From the NCBI GenBank assembly GCA_028534125.1, contig CM052817.1, positions 87,918,001-87,982,000 of the forward strand: a DNA stretch of 64,000 nt. Direction: 5' to 3'. The notes under the pieces are model-generated. The model made no database searches. It saw only the letters and a list, made by a program, of their open reading frames with translations, and was not told where the DNA came from. Positions 41,331 through 53,970 of the stretch are shown in pieces (within the stretch, counting starts at the first letter, position 1; each line of letters starts with the position of its first letter). Origin of the DNA: Lama glama. Taxonomy: Eukaryota. The position numbers were made by a program, and so were the translations under genes.

Positions 41331-43353
41331 CTAGAACTAAATAAATTAGACTGTTTTCTTAAATAACTTTGAAGATCACTTCAGTTTGAAATACTGTGTT
41401 ATCTTCCTTCTACAGAAAATTTAACCAATACATCTTTGAATCATATACCTTTTATATGTTCATTTTTTATTATTAATAAATATATCCAAATATAATTACA
41501 GAAGTCAATTTCTATTCTTCAGATAGTGAAAAAAGTGTTGTTCTAATTGGTGAAAGCATAGGTTTTATTAAAGGTATTAAAAATATACAGAAGGTGAAAT
41601 GATGTTTACACAAGAGATTAATGACTAGACCTCGGGACACATATTTGTTACACATATGCAGGAACAGAGATGGTGTTCTCTCCATCTACCTCAGTTCTTC
41701 TGTTGTTGTTTGCTGTTCTAAATAAAAAAATTGTAGCCAGTAAACATTTTATCCTTTCAGGGTTCTGGTTTTTGTGGTTTATCTCTTTTCTATGTTTGTA
41801 ATTTCCAATCTGGCAACCCATTTCTCTTTACTCCTTGGAACGTAAAGTAATAATCATTAAAAACAATGACTTGGCTTCCATATTTGAATAAAATAGTTTG
41901 GATGAAGAAGAATAAGGATTAAATTGGGGATGGTTTGATCCTTTCACTAAGGCAGCATTAATTTAAAAGTACCTCTCTTTGTAACCCAAAATATAGTTTA
42001 TTTTGTCATTTTTTTCCCTTATGAATTTTCTAGTCAGCCAGTTTGAAAAGACAATCCAGTTCTTTACTCCAAAACAGCATAAGCTTTATAAGCTTTCTGT
42101 AACGTTCACATCTGTTTTTTGTTTGTTTGTTTGTTTTTCCCCCCAAGCATTCTAAGTAAACATTTGTGAAAACTCTTTTCCTGAGATATGGTGGACTAGT
42201 TGGATGGCACACAATGACTGGAGATCTCCGTTTCTCATTAAGTATCTTTGTTTACAGCATCATTTAGTTTAGTCATTGTTTTTCACAATGTATTTTGTGG
42301 TGAATTGTCACCCTTAATATTCTTTTTTCGGTATTGAATGTCTCCATGGGTCATGAATGGGATAGTAAGTACCAGACAGTCTGACTCCAGAAAAGTAGAA
42401 AGCTTTTATAAAAGGATTTCTATTTACTGCAAGATTTCTATTAGTGCACAATGGCCAAATAAAAACATACAGTCAGCAAGAATAATCGTGTATAAAGTTG
42501 TGGCATAGTGCACTAGACACATATAGAATACTTCAATAAATATAATGATTTTTATTTGTTAGCATTAATTTATTAAAAGAAAATAAGCATGCATACCAAA
42601 TCCCTACTTTACAGGTTAGCTAAAATTTAAAAAAGAAGTTAAAGATTCTTTTGTCATAAAAAGTTATATATTTTTAAAATCTCAACTTTCAGAGATCAAT
42701 TATATGGATTAATATTAAGCTATTAAGATATTAATTTATGTTTCTTATTTGGATATAAAGAGACTGAAAATCACTTTATTAACCAAGGTTGAAATATCCA
42801 GAAGTTTAGAAATCTTTCTACTTCTACTTAATACTTACTGCTCTTAAGTTATCATATGTATTCTTTGTAGCTTCACACATGTAGCCTACATTTCCCATTA
42901 CCTCAAATAATACTTATTTTTGATTTGTTAACCTATCAGTTCCATAAGGACTCTTCAGAAATATTTAGTTTTATAAGATAGTAGATTCCCAGAAAAAATT
43001 TAATGATCTGAAAAAAATATTTAATAAAAAATCACAGAAAAACAAATGCACTTTAAAGCTAATTTGGTCTCATATGGTATCATATTATTGTATTGTTACA
43101 CACATATCAATATTTATGTAAGAGAGGAGCTGAATGATTTTGTGGCAAAACTCCAAAAATAATCATTATCTCTGCAGTTTGATACAGAAAAGAGAGGTTA
43201 AAAATTCATTAAAGCTCTGAATTAATATTCCTTGAAATATATTATCATTATAGAAATTAACTATAATTTTATAACAGTCTGTACTAAATGAATAGCCTAG
43301 ATATTTCTCCATACCCTTTATCCACTTCTTTCATCTGTTCTTTGGATAAGTAC

Positions 43354-43869
43354 TGTATAAGTCAGGGTTCTCTGGAGAAACGGATCAACATAATGCATGT
43401 GTGTGTGTGTGTGTGTGTTCTCAAAACAACATAAAGTGTAAAGAAAGATTAGCTAAACTTTGCTCAGGTGATAAAGAACCATTATTGTCTAGGTTTAATG
43501 CAGCCACTTACCTAAGTTGCTTTCATATATAAATATGTATTGGCTTGTAGAATTATGGAAGATGGCAAGTCTGAAAACTGCAGGGTGGGCTGACAGGCTA
43601 GAGAACTGCAGTTGAGACCCAAAATCAGTCTGCTGTTTACTTCCTTTTGCTGAGGGTGGGGGATTAGGATGGTGATCTTTTGTTCTTTTCAGATAGTCAG
43701 CTGATTAGAGTAGGCCCACCCACATTATTTAGGGCATTCTGCTTTACTCACAGTCCACTGATTTAAGTGTAATAGCGTCCAAAAACACTCACAGACACAT
43801 CAAAAATATTTGACCAAATACCTGGTTACTATGACCCAGAAAATTTGACACATAAAATTAACCATTATA
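43354..43869 (-). mobile_element. MLT2-family solo LTR (ERVL) with intact 5-bp TSD and an internal foreign insert
   Basis: Starts TGTATAAGTCAGGGTTCTCTGGAGAAAC and ends TTGACACATAAAATTAACCATTATA. TSD AGTAC at 43349-43353 and 43870-43874. Confidence 0.9.
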
Positions 43870-45259
43870 AGTACATTTGTGTATTTGTGACTATACAATG
43901 AAACAACTAGTGTATTCACTGATTGCCAAAAAAAGTGTGTGTGGTGGGGGGGTAAACACAAAATGCTATGATATATCTTAATTATTTTTTCCCAATTTTT
44001 CAAACAGTTAGATCCAACTTTTCTCTCATTTGCACAAGAGGCTTTGTAAGTTCTGAAAAAATTTATAACATGTAAAAGAAACATTAGCTAAACTATACTT
44101 AGGTAATAGAGAATCATTATTGCCTAGATTTTAACTCACTTACCTAAGTTGCTGTATCACACACCTCTAAATAAACTCTAAAATCCCTTCTTATATAAGC
44201 TATATAGTGCTGTTCCCTTTCAGTTCAGAAATGCTCATGGTAAAATTTGATAAAGTTATTTCTCAAATATTTCATTAGCAAGAAAGATAAACAACTTGAG
44301 TAAATTTGCAGGATCTGGATATTAGTTTATTCCAACATATTTAATCATATTACCCTGTTAAGGAAAATGGCAACTGATATGAAGTTGAGAATTTTAGTGG
44401 AAGATAGCTATGGGAAACTGTGAATTTCTAAATCTCTGTAAACATACCTCTTTTCCTACACTTTGTCTTACACTTGATGCTGAGTGTCGATTAGATAGAT
44501 GTCTTGATGTTTCCATCCTTTAAATAACAAAGAAACAATAGCTGATTGTAATAACTGCTTAAAATGCCCTGGAGACTGTTAAACATTAACAGGCACAATT
44601 AATTATCAAGAGAGGTGTAAGGCTTGAGTAAGATATGGCACTTGAAATCATTATGTCATAATTTAAGTGGGATATTTTCAATGCAGATTTGATATACTTC
44701 ATCTACAAGGCTAGGAAAGAGAAGGAAAGTCATGAAAAGGAGATCATCCATTTATATGGCAGTATCTAGTGTAAGAAATTTGTGCAAATTAACATAGTGT
44801 GTGTTGGGTACTTGGTGGAGAGAATCTCACAGTTTTTCTGAACTATTGAGACACAGTTTGGTAATGGCAGAAGGCATAGAACTTTAGGAATGATACTGCT
44901 GAGAAAAACATAGTATTTATTGGTTTTGCCTTACAGCAGTCCTGAATGTAATTCCTTGAATTAAGTGTAGGACAACATAACTCTCTTTACGTAATAGAGA
45001 AAACCAAAACTAAATTGCACTATTTGAGGCTTTCAGTTCCAGTTGTTGCTTCATGTCTTTCTGGCCCAGGGATTGATGACTAAGACGAAAGATAGGTGGT
45101 GAATATTATTTTATTTTGAATCATTGGGCTGACCATTAGAATGTCCTTTGAATTACCAAATGACTGGCAACCTCAGTAATGCAATGCATAGAGTGGAGAA
45201 GCCACTATACCAAGCAGTACATCAACCTAAATGTGTAGAAGCCCTGGTCTACCAATTGC

Positions 45260-45415
45260 AAGGTGGTGATCTTGGGGATTTTATATAATTTAACTAAACT
45301 TCCACTTTTCTTCTCTGTAAGATGCAGTTCATAATATCTCCTGTATAGAGTTAATATAAAGATTATATTGGATAAGCGTGAAAGATGTTGACGCTTTGTC
45401 TATAGTGTCAGGCTT
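45260..45415 (+). mobile_element. MIR fragment
   Basis: GTGATCTTGGG...CACTTTTCTTCTCTGTAAGATG..ATAATATCTCCTGTATAGAGTT..AAAGATTA. Confidence 0.6.
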
Positions 45416-45417
45416 GT

Positions 45418-45975
45418 AACAATATTTACTGAGACCCCATGTTCCAGGAACTGGACATACAGCAGTAACCAAAATAGTCAAAGCCTCTGTCCTTGCAGAG
45501 CTTTCATTTCCTGTGGAGAAATGAGGATAAAAATAAACAGATAATACATTTAGTAATAAACAAGAATTACAATGAACAAAAATGAAGCAGGGTGAGGGGA
45601 ATGGGCACAGTTGTCTCCAGAACTGTGTGTGTAGGGGTAGTTGATTCTGTTTAATGTGGAGTGCTCAGGGACTACTGTAATGATGAGGTGTGGCTGGATG
45701 AGGTGTAAAAGCCCAGATAGAGGAGAGCAAATAGTGAGTAATCAACAGAGAGCCCATGTGCCTGGGACATGGGGAGCAAAGGGAGAGAGGAGGAGATGAG
45801 GGCAGAGCCACTAAGGGATTAGAAGACTTCAGGCTACTCTGAGGAGCATGCTTCCACTGAGGGCCATGGGCAGCTACAGAAGGTTTTGAGGAGAGAAAGG
45901 CATCATCCGGAATATAGTTTAAGAGGTTCACTCTGGCAGCTCTGCTGAGAATAGCCTGGAGAGAAGAAAGGGCAG
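45418..45975 (-). mobile_element. L2 (L2a-like) fragment
   Basis: AATATTTACTGAGACCCCATGTTCCAGG..GGACATACAGCAGTAACCAAAA..CTGTCCTTGCAGAGCTT; AGAAGGTTTTGAGGAGAG; TTAAGAGGTTCACTCTGGCAGCTCTGCTGAGAATAG. Confidence 0.85.
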
Positions 45976-47254
45976 ACACACTTCCTAAGTGTTCACTGTT
46001 ACTGTATCACTGTCATCATTTAAAATACTATACAATCGACACACAATTCTTTTATGCAAGTAAACTAAAATAAATGCCACAATATACAATGTAGAGTATA
46101 GCAAGTTTTATTTGTTCATTTAGCTTATTTCACCTCTTTGTTCATACTTTATCCTGTAATAAAATGTCTACTTTTGGTAGCAGGTACAGCAACAGCAGCC
46201 AAAGCTGTGATGGAAGTGGAAACAGTGTTTCTGTGTAGCTTTTCATATTCTACTCTCAGTGTTTCTGTAGATTTCTTATTTCTTTTTTCAGATGAGCTAG
46301 ACAAGAAGAGGTCTTATCAATTCACTTCTGGTTTCACTTATTGTGAATCACCTGAAACAGCACCTCCCTCTTGTTTTTTCTTTGCCATTATCTATATCCT
46401 GCAATTATTTTTTCATGTCTTTTTTTTTTCCACACCACTGGGATTTTACAAAGACATGAGTGATTTTATATGCAGCAACAATGATGTCTATTCTGTCAAA
46501 ATATAAAGCTATATTGCTGTCTAGTTGTATTGTTATGAATGTTTAAGATTTTAAACCTAAAACATGTAATTTAAGTCCACTGGCAACAGTGAAAATGTAT
46601 GCACCATTATTTGTATACTTATTTAGCCAAAGATCAATAAATGCTCAATGATACTTCTCTATAGACTTAGTCTTAATCCATGGCTTTCTAAAAACCGTCT
46701 CCTCAGACTTTTCACCACAGAATCAATATTCACATCTATCCTCCTGCTGACTGATTTATGCTTTGTTATAGACTACACCCCAGCAACTTAAATGCAGTCC
46801 ATAAAGCAAGCAACCACCAATGTATGCACTAGTAGTATTTGGAAAGTTTACATTTAATTACTAATAGGAAGCCAGGTGGAAACAAAAGTAATTTGTTATT
46901 CGTTGTTATATTAATATTGACAAATGTTAAAGAAATAGACTCAAAATCGACTTGATTCACTCACTTGAATGTGAGGTGCTAACCTTCTTTAATAAAATAC
47001 TATAGAAACTTCTAATGTGAAAGTAGACAAATGATTTTAATATTCAAAAATAGTCCACCAATTAGTTTCCTCTTGGGCTGCAATTTGTACACCATGATGT
47101 GTGTATTGTTTTTGTGTCTTTTCATGGATTCACTTAAAACATGTGCTTGAATTTCTTTAACATATTTATGTAAATTTGTGTGTGAAAGAACTAACAAGTT
47201 TGGGAACATAAAATGGAAGCAGTAAAGAAACTACCCAATGTTTTCTTTTTTTAA

Positions 47255-47415
47255 ATCCTTTCCCTCCCCCCATCCTTCTTTCCTTCTTTCATTTCTTTTC
47301 TTTCTTTCCTTCTTCCTTCCTTTCCTCCTTCCTTTCTTCTTCCTTCCTTTCATCTCTCTTTGCTTCCTTCATTCCTTCCTCCCTCTCTCCCTCCCTATAA
47401 CTCCTTTCTTTCTTT
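47255..47415. repeat. Polypyrimidine (CT/TTCC-rich) low-complexity tract
   Basis: Direct reading; ~160 bp almost purely C/T. Confidence 0.9.
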
Positions 47416-47762
47416 CAAGGAAAGTCATGTTATGTTATATATGTTTTGATTAATAAGTATGAGAGGCAAGACTGTAAAGGAAATTTATATATGAAATCTT
47501 TACAATTAGAGTTGTTTTAGGCTCTAATTCTGCATAATAATAATGACTTTTTTATAGCAGTGGAGAAAACAGAGAGTATTATGATTCAGGACCTACCTTA
47601 TTTGAACACACACACACAAGGGGTATCATGTTAAAGACCTGGCATTGGTAGCATCTCAGAACAACGTGCTTCACGGTGTACTATCTTGCTGGGTGAGATG
47701 CTGGGTCCCTACTAATGAGAATTTGATGTGGAATCAAGGGGGTAGCAACAGATTTGTCCCTC

Positions 47763-48094
47763 TGTCTTAGTCAGCCTGGGCTGCCATAACAAAATATCAT
47801 AGAGTGGGTAGCTTAAACAAAAGACATTTATTTTCTCACAGTTCTAAAGGCTGGAAACCTGAGATCATGGTCAGGTTCTGGGGAGACCCTCTTCTTGGCT
47901 TGCAGATGGCTGTCTTCTTGCCATCTCCTCACAGCACTTTTCGTAGGTGCTTGTGGGTGAAAGAGCAAACTCTCTGGTGTCTCTCCTTTGAACAGCACTT
48001 TTATCATCAGAGGCTCACCCTCATAATTTCATCTAAACTTAATTACCCCTCAAAGGCAGAATCTGAGGGAGACACAAACATTCAGTTTGTAACG
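47763..48094 (-). mobile_element. MLT1A-like MaLR solo LTR
   Basis: TGTCTTAGTCAGCCTGGGCTGCCATAACAAAATATCATAGA..TTTATTTTCTCACAGTTCT..GGCTTGCAGATGGCTGTCTTCT..GACACAAACATTCAGT. Confidence 0.9.
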
Positions 48095-49534
48095 CTGTCT
48101 GAAAATTCCCTGTGATTCACTATGCATTCCTGGAATCCTGCAGATGCAGATATTCGGGTCTATTACATAAGGAAGATTAGCTAGAAATAACTGACTCCTA
48201 ATTAGTAGCTTAAGATCCTGTAACTGAACAGAGGTTCTGAGCCAGTCAGTTTTATTTCTTCTTCTTAGGGATACACAGAGAGGAGAAGTCAAACATTATA
48301 AGGCAAGTAGTTGAAAGGAAATAACAAGATTCTTTAGTAACTATGAACCAGGGTATTGCTTTTTAAGTAAGCAAATTAAAAGGCTTTCACAAAGAACATA
48401 AGACACGTGAAAGGAATGGCAAAGAACAGAAATTCTGGAAAATACTTGCTTTCTAAATTAGAGAGTTCCCTTTTGGTGATATTCTTCTAGAAGTTAATAG
48501 AATTTCAGGTAAGTCCAGCTGTTTATTTTATGAGTATAACTAATTTAAGTAAACAAAGATAACTATGGTTTATTGTAAGAGAGTAAAGCACCATTCCATT
48601 CCAATGAGCTTTAAGCATTTAATGTTCCTTAAAAATTAAAGTGTTTATTGGAATACGAAAATAACCAAATGGCTGAGCATTTTTATTATGCATCTATGGC
48701 CAATTCATATTATTTAAGTTATGCAAAGCTATTTTCATCAGGACATGTAATCCAAACAGACTTGCCATTTAATAACAAGGAGGACAGAATTCAATGGAAG
48801 CTCAAACCCTCTTCAAGAGATCATTTCTAATTTCTTCTTCAAAATTGTATACTAAACATAAGCTTTCACCTTCCTTCCCTCCCAAAGTAATTTAGCTGAA
48901 TAAACGAAAGGAAAGAGTGAGAAACCTGTAAAAGAAATGAAAGTACAAGAGCGTATTGTCAACAGCCTATCTTTAAATGGCACTCTGCTGTAAAAGACTG
49001 AGCTAGAGTTTGTCCTGGTGAAGTCTGCAAACCACAGAGGCACAGGAGAGGATGAGTGTGGCAGTGAGGGCTCTTCTTCCCAAGTGATCCCATAGAAAAG
49101 ATGTCATTTGTAGATGGCCAGGACTGAGAATAGGAGAAAGACGGGGCCACAGTTAGAGTAATTAATTGGATAGCTATGGGAAGTTTGGACCCAGGATTTC
49201 TTCTAAGCCTTCATCCTGTAGCCCCAGGTGTAACTTCAGGAAGTACTTTATAAATAACGTGGTGATGCTTCTCTGTGTCTTCTTACTATGTGTGGCAGTA
49301 CAAGAAAGAAACAGGAAAAGGCTACTTTGAACCTTATTAATAATTATGGTAGAAAACACACAAAGAAAGAGAAGGTTTAAAAATGAGGTGTATTATAACA
49401 TACAAACCCACATTAAATCTTTATTACTTTTTTATTCATGTGGCTGATGCCTGTTTTCTCTAAGAACAGTCTAACTGGGAAGCACTGTTTAAATATCCCC
49501 TGCCCACTTAACCACACAGCCACAACCAAGTCAT

Positions 49535-49582
49535 ACACAGAGTGGAAAGAGAGATGTGACACAGAGTGGAAAGAGAGATGTG
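49535..49582. repeat. Perfect 24-bp tandem duplication
   Basis: ACACAGAGTGGAAAGAGAGATGTG x2, followed by a partial AAACAGA. Confidence 0.95.
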
Positions 49583-50329
49583 AAACAGACTTTCAAAACT
49601 GGATAGAAATAGTATGCTTGCAATTAAGAAGCCAGTCCTTTCTTAACTGCAAGCATACTTATGTCTATGTGACTCTTTATGTCTATTTGCAATGTAATTT
49701 ACATCTATATGAGTAATTAGAAATCATCAGTTCATTTGGCAAAAAATGAGAATAAACAGGAAAACCATATGAATTAAACAACTGATCTGGGAAGAAGCAG
49801 AGACAAAGTAGAAAAAAAAACTTGAATTATTTCCTCAAGAGAATCTGCAGAGAGTTTGGGATAGTGTTGAAGTATCAAGAAATATCAGCCAACCAAAAAA
49901 CAGAATAATAAGGGAACAAGAATCATTCTTGAAAAAATGAGCATAATTGATGTATGTGAAGTGGGATAATTCGACTCGAATAATGGTTAAATCCAGCCTC
50001 TCATTTGGTGGGACTTATAAATATTAGTTATTCTCACTTTGTAAGAAAGAAATATTTAAAGGTTACTTGAGAATTAAAATTAATTTCTGAAAATATAGAA
50101 ATAGGATATAATTCCCTTATGCTAGTAGTAGAAAATATCATGAAATTTCAATCAATTCTGAAAAGTAAAGAGAAAAGAAACAAAAGATTGTAAGAAAGCT
50201 TAGCTTAACAAATAAGATATATAAAATATAGTAATGAGAAGAAGCCAAATGTGTTCAATCATTTTTCCTCCTTCATCCCCCTCATTTCGCTCATCACTAA
50301 GCCCTTTTCATCAAAACATTTTGAGGATC

Positions 50330-52020
50330 TTTTTTTTTAATTGCAGTATAGGTGATTTACAATGTTGTCCTAGTTACAGATATACAGCAAAGTGTTTCAA
50401 TTATATATATATATACTCTATATATTTAATATGTATATTCTTTTTTAGATTATTTTCCATTATAGATTATTATAAAATATTAAATATAGTTCCCTGTGCT
50501 ATACAGTAGTTCATTGGGGTTTTTTTTCCTATTTTATATATAGTAGTGTATATCTGTTAATCCCAAACTCATAATTCATCCCTCTCTCCATTCCCCTTTG
50601 GTAACCATAAGTTTGTTTTGTGTGTCTGTAAGTCTATTTCTGTTTTATAAGTTCATCCACTTGCATCATTTTTTAGATTCCACATATAAATGACACTTGT
50701 CTTATCTCTTTCTTACTTAACTTAGTGTAATAATCTCTAGGTCTGTTCATGTTGCTGCAAATGACATTATTTCATTCTTTATATGGCTGAGTAATATTCC
50801 ATTATATGTATGTGTCTATATATATATATCACATCTTCTTTATCCATTTGTCTGTCAATGGCCATTAAGGTTGTTTCCAGGTCTTGACTATTATAAATAT
50901 TGCTGCTATAATAAACATTGGGGTTCATGTATCTTTTCAAATTAGAGTTTTTGTCTTTTTTGGATATATGCCCAGGAGTGAGATCACTATATCATATGGT
51001 GACTCTATCTTTAGTTTTTTAAGGGAAACTTCATACTGTTCTCTATAGCGGCTGCACCAATTTACATTCCCACTAATATTGTAGGAGAATTTCCTTTTCT
51101 CCACACCTTCTCCAGCACTTACTTGTAGACTGATGATGGCCATTCTGACTGGTGTGAGGTGACATCTCATTGTAGTTTTGATTTGCATTTCTCTAATAAT
51201 TAGCAATGTTGAGCATCTTTTCATATGCCCGTTGGCCATCTATATGTCTTCTTTGGAGAAATATATCTTAAAATCTTCTGCCTACTTTTTAAATTCAATT
51301 GTTTGGTTTTTTGGATAGTGAGCTATATGAGTGTTTGTATATTTTGGAAATTAATTCCTTGTCAGTCTCATCATTTACAAATACTTTCTCCCATTTTGTA
51401 GGTGGTCTTTTCATTTTGTTTATGGTTTCCTTTGCTGTGCGAAAGCTTTTCATTTTAAGTAGGTCCCATTTATTTTTGCTTTTATTTTTATTATGCTAGG
51501 AGATGGATCCAAAAAAATACAATCGTGGTTTATTTCAAATAGTGTTCTGCCTATGTTTTCCTCTAGAAATTTTATAGTATCTGGACTTACATTTAGGTCT
51601 CTAATACATTTAGAGTTTATTTTTGTATATAGAGTTAGAGGATGTTCTAATTTCATTCTTTTAATAGTAGCTGTCCAGTATTCTAAGCACAACTTATTGA
51701 AGAGACTATATTTTCTCCACTGTACATTCTTGCCTCTTTCATCATAGATTAATTGATCATAAGTGCGTGAGTTTATTTTGGGCTTTCTGTCCTGTTCCAT
51801 TGATCTATGTGTCTGTTTTTGTGCCAGTATCATACTGTTTTGATTACTGTTGCTTTATAGTATAGTCTGAAGTCAAGGAGCATTATTCCTCCAGCTCTGT
51901 TACTCTTTCTCAAGATTGTTTGCTATTCAGGGCCTTTTGTGTTTCTATACAAAATCTAAAATTGTTCTAGTTCTGTGAAAACTGCCATTGGTAATTTATA
52001 GGGATTGCATTGAATCTGTG
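50330..52020 (-). mobile_element. 5'-truncated L1 (~1.7 kb; ORF2 C-terminus plus 3'UTR), artiodactyl-type
   Basis: Poly-T at 50330 then TTGCAGTATAGGTGATTTACAATGTTG. ORFs 50937..51239 ([32 protein letters not shown]) and 51450..51833 (YTKINSKCIRDLNV..IKFLEENIG) are ORF2 C-terminal sequence. Confidence 0.95.
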
Positions 52021-53179
52021 GAATATCCAAATTTTAAATGGAAAACCCCACCATTTTTAAAGATAGAGACTTTTATTTTGTTATTTTTAAATATACAATA
52101 ACTTTCAAAAATATATTTATAAAAATGATACAAGTTTTGAACATAGAAAGTTATAAGGTTTGACCAAAGAATACTAAATGAATAAAAATATAAAAAGTGG
52201 CACACAATCTGTGGCCAGCTCAAATATTTATTAGAAAAGATAAATTATATATTATTTATACTGTTAGCTAAAAGGTCATATATTCTTTATGCTGCAAACA
52301 ATACTGCATTGCTATTTATTTTGCTTAAAATGGTAAATAATTGACTAAAATAGTATTATTGAGCGGAACTTCTGAGGCAGGAAGGTACTGTGCAAAAAAA
52401 GCAGCATACATAAAGAAAGCTGCAACTGTAAGAGTCTATATGCTTCACATTTTTGTATGAGGGAGCATGACTGGTCTCCCACAGAGAAACGTGACAAGGT
52501 GTGCAAGGATGTGCAAGGCACTATCCAAATGTGGACAGTTTGGACAGCAAAAGCCATTATCAAGGGGACACTGTATGATCTGAGAAGCAGTGCCAGCCCC
52601 AGACTGTGCCCATGGCAGTGACTTCCTCCACCTCTGCCTATTTGCTAGTAGCAGTGAAATCTCTTTTCCATGCCTACTGTTCGTGATTGCTATCCACTCA
52701 GCTTTGGACCTCTTTATCCCTTGGGATATTTAGTTAATCAAAAGTTAGTCAAAATGGTCCCAGAAGGACAATTCTGAAACTCAAGTTATTAGAAAATTAA
52801 TATGGATGTGCCTTTTTTTGAACCCAGAGCTCATAATAAGTCTAAGCTACAGTTACAGATGGAATTCAAGCCTAAGAGTAATGTTTTAATTACATCCTTA
52901 ATGACCACATCTGCTCACACTTTATCCCTGGTATTCACAAGGGTACCCACAGCTTTATATGTGAACATCCCCTCTCTGAATATGCCCTGCCAAACTGCTG
53001 AAGATAGCAGTTTGTAGTGAGGAACAAGAAAATAATTTCTATAAGTTTACATCCTTCATTCAAGTTTGTGTCTTCTCTATGAAACTATAGTTAATGCATT
53101 TGCTATAATTCCAGGTTAAAATTATATCTAGTCATTGTCTCAGTACATACAAAAATATTTTTACATGCTTAGTAAGGGA

Positions 53180-53392
53180 GGGGTATTATGCACCATGTAT
53201 TTTCATATATAATTTTGATTCTCATACAAACTTTTGGGGTAGATAATATTAGTCTACTTTTTGAGTTGAAGATTCAGTTAGAGACTTTAAGCAAATTACC
53301 AAGTTCTTACATCTACAAGGTGGCAGAGCCTGAATTTGAACATATTTTAGTCTGATGTCAAATGTACGCTCGTAACCACTTCATTATATTGC
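53180..53392 (-). mobile_element. MIR
   Basis: GATTCTCATACAAAC..GGTAGATAATATTAGTC..AAGGTGGCAGAGCCTGAATTTGAAC..AGTCTGATGTCAAA..TAACCACT. Confidence 0.8.
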
Positions 53393-53849
53393 ATTGCAAA
53401 GTCTCCTGTGAGAGGAGATTTAAACTAGGCAAACATTCCCTTTACGGAATGTGTCAGTGAATGTTTATGTTATTCAGAGGGACAATGGATGACAAGGGGG
53501 TAAAGTAGAAGGTATAACGGTGTAAAACATTCTTCTGCTTTACCTTTCCTACTGTTTCCTTTTGCACTGATCAAGTCATTTATTTGCCAAGTTAAAAAAA
53601 AAAAAGCTTTCTGAAAAAAAAGTTCCCTCTTTGAAGTATCATGTGAGGGAAAAAAATGAGAAAAGAAAGATTAGCAAATGTAAAGTTTTTGACTGTTTTC
53701 ATACTGTTTGCTTGTATAATTTTTTTAAATAAAAATTTTTTAAAGTTATTTTTTATACATAGTAGTCCACCACCTATAAGTTTTAAGAAATAAACCCTCA
53801 GATTTTAAAGTATTTATGTATTTGCAAAACTAAAGTCTGGGTTAATATT

Positions 53850-53970
53850 TTTTTATTTATATATATATTTTATTGAAGTATAGTCAGTTTACAACATTGT
53901 GTCAATTTCTGGTGTACAGCATAATGCTTCAGGCATATGTGAACACACATGTATTTATTTTCATAATCTA
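53850..53970 (-). mobile_element. Very short (~120 bp) 5'-truncated young L1 3' tip, same family as the full-length copy
   Basis: TTTTATTGAAGTATAGTCAGTTTACAACATTGTGTCAATTTCTGGTGTACAGCATAAT closely resembles the reverse complement of 18590-18648. TSD-like TGGGTTAATATT at 53838-53849 and TGGATTAATATT at 53972-53983. Confidence 0.9.

Noticed and set aside
46138..46506. 122-aa ORF with an internal acceptor-like TTTTTTCAG|ATG at ~46290
   Set aside because: No recognisable homology, non-ATG start, F/L-rich composition typical of AT-rich non-coding DNA, and no good downstream donor.
47238..47453. F/L/S/P-rich, membrane-looking ORF
   Set aside because: Translation of a polypyrimidine tract.
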